Shown: positions 62,455 through 64,000 of the stretch, piece after piece
How the letters are laid out: each line of letters opens with the position of its first letter
Position numbering within the stretch: position 1 is the stretch's first letter
Assembly: GCA_030390025.1 (NCBI GenBank)
Contig: CM059449.1
Span: 35,588,001-35,652,000, forward strand
Reading direction: 5' to 3'
Origin: Squalus acanthias
Taxonomy: Eukaryota
Length of the DNA stretch: 64,000 nucleotides
Notes under the pieces: generated by a model
The model's database searches: none
What the model was told of the DNA's origin: nothing
The model's input: the letters and a program-made list of their open reading frames with translations, nothing else
Translations under genes and position numbers: made by a program

Positions 62455-62785
62455 GCTCCTGGACTAAGAATCCAGAGACATGGACCAATGTTCTAAAAAT
62501 CGTGAGTTCAAATCCACCATGGCTGATCGAGAATGTGTGAATTCAGTTAAAAAATACCTGGAAATAAAAATAAATGGAGCATTCATAAATTGACCAGGTA
62601 TCATAAAGAGCCAACTGATTCACTAATATCCTTTAGAGAAGGAACCTGCCGTCCTTACCCGTCTGGCCTATACATGACTCCAGTCCGTCACCCACTGCCC
62701 TCTGAAGTGGTCTAGCAAGTTACTGAGGGCAACTAGGGATGGGCAATAAATGCCAGCGATGCCCACAGCCCGGGAATCAATTAAA
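62455..62785 (+). mobile_element. tRNA-derived SINE with LINE-derived tail, in the intron of GPCR B
   Basis: B-box GAGTTCAAATCC; the tail AGGGCAACTAGGGATGGGCAATAAATGCC matches the LINE tails at 51155-51210 and 58090-58145. Confidence 0.75.
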
Positions 62786-63480
62786 GTATACACAGTAAAG
62801 GTAACTGTGCTTGACCCATTGATTTACTGTTTTCTCCCTATTGCCACGTCTCGCGGTCTGCCAACTTATGCCTGAACCTCGGGCTTCCTTTCTTTACATA
62901 GTTGCCTGTTTCTTCTTAGTCCACTATTCCTTCACCTTGGCCAAGATGGATAACGGGTTGAGATGCCTTCTGAGACTCTCCAAAGAATCTCAGAATCCCT
63001 CACCCCTCTTCTGACACCCCCTTTTAATGTTCCCATCCCTTGTATTTGAATTCTAGCCCTTTGCCTTCTCCCAAACCCGTCCCAATTTGCAGCTCAAGCT
63101 GTGCTAGTGAGTAGACCTGGGTGTTAAGAGCGCACTTCAGGTTAATGCTGTACATTAAACCCTCCCTCATAGCCATTCTGGCCTAAAATACCCTGATAGA
63201 AAACTCCCAGCTAAAGAGAAACAGAGACAGAGAGAGATGATTAGAGCGTCACAGAAACAAACTGAGACATAGAGAGAGAGGCAGGAGAAAGGCAGATTGT
63301 GAGTAAAACTGAGGGATGGTCAGAATCAGTGACAGATATAGAAATACAGAGAGAGTCAGAGAGAGAGAGCATGAGTTGAGCAGTAGAAAATATGTGCTGA
63401 AATTTGATAAACTGTCATTACCTGCCGGCCATTTTGTTTTGACTATGATGATTAATTAATTTTTTCCTCTTTTATTGCAG

Positions 63481-64000
63481 CGAATTTATTCACAATTGTG
63501 ATTCTCTCCCGTGGAAAGTGCGGTCTCGCCACATGCATCACTCGATACCTGGTGGCCATGGCAGCAGCAGATCTACTGGTCCTGATATTTGATGTAATTC
63601 TGTATCAGATTAAAGAGATTTATTTCCCAAATTCATTCCTGGACTATACTCTCATCTGCTGTCTCAATCTCAGCCTGGCATTTTCTGCCACTGATTGTTC
63701 TGTCTGGTTAACCGTCGCCTTCACCTTTGATCGATTCATCGCCATTTCTTACCCGAAACTGAGAGTCAAATATTGCACCGAAAAAACTGCGACTGTGATT
63801 ATAACAACGGTGTGTGGTTTGAGCCTTTTACAAAACATTCCATTTTACTTTGTAAGTGAAGCTGGTGAAATAATTGATAACATACAATGGTTCTGTGCTG
63901 TAAAATCTACCTTCTACACCTTTCCCATTTGGATGGCTTATCTCTGGCTCCAAATTATTTTAACCCCACTCGCTCCATTCGTGTTCATTGTACTGCTCAA
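63481..64000 (+). CDS. GPR139-like class A GPCR gene B, exon 2 (partial; runs off the window)
   Basis: Acceptor TTTTATTGCAG|CG, then an open frame ANLFTIVILSRGKCGLATCITRYLVAMAAADLLVL..CSVWLTVAFTFDRFIAI..YCTEKTA..NIPFYF..WFC..LTPLAPFVFIVLL with no stops. Missed by the ORF track because there is no stop inside the window. Confidence 0.93.

Noticed and set aside
61732-64000. Assigning the symbol GPR139 (or a specific U-lineage symbol to the class I gene)
   Set aside because: These are divergent paralogs of expanded families; orthology cannot be established without phylogeny.

Overview
Eukaryotic, intron-containing, repeat-rich vertebrate DNA, most likely a cartilaginous fish (shark); this is inferred from the CR1/Penelope/Deu-SINE repeat landscape and the GPR139-like receptor type. 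A five-coding-exon MHC class I-like gene lies on the minus strand (leader 34996-35047, alpha1 32585-32845, alpha2 25462-25737, alpha3 24967-25233, TM 21233-21338). All its splice phases are compatible and it lacks several canonical peptide-anchoring residues, so it looks nonclassical. A second, frameshifted orphan alpha1 exon lies at 43281-43540. Both sit between two paralogous two-exon GPR139-like GPCR genes on the plus strand: a pseudogene (10487-14897, five in-frame stops) and a copy that is open from 61732 to the window end. The two GPCR genes share a conserved proximal promoter with a homeodomain site, an O/E(EBF)-like site and a TATA box, as seen in olfactory receptor promoters. The most interesting hypothesis is a linked class Ib MHC plus expanded orphan-GPCR cluster, analogous to mouse H2-Mv/V2R; this is inference only. 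The rest is transposon-derived: CR1, L2, Tx1 and other LINEs, two Penelope-like elements carrying minimal hammerhead ribozymes (one in sense orientation inside the MHC intron), SINEs, several MITE families, minisatellites and three assembly gaps. Repeat boundaries were read by eye and are approximate.
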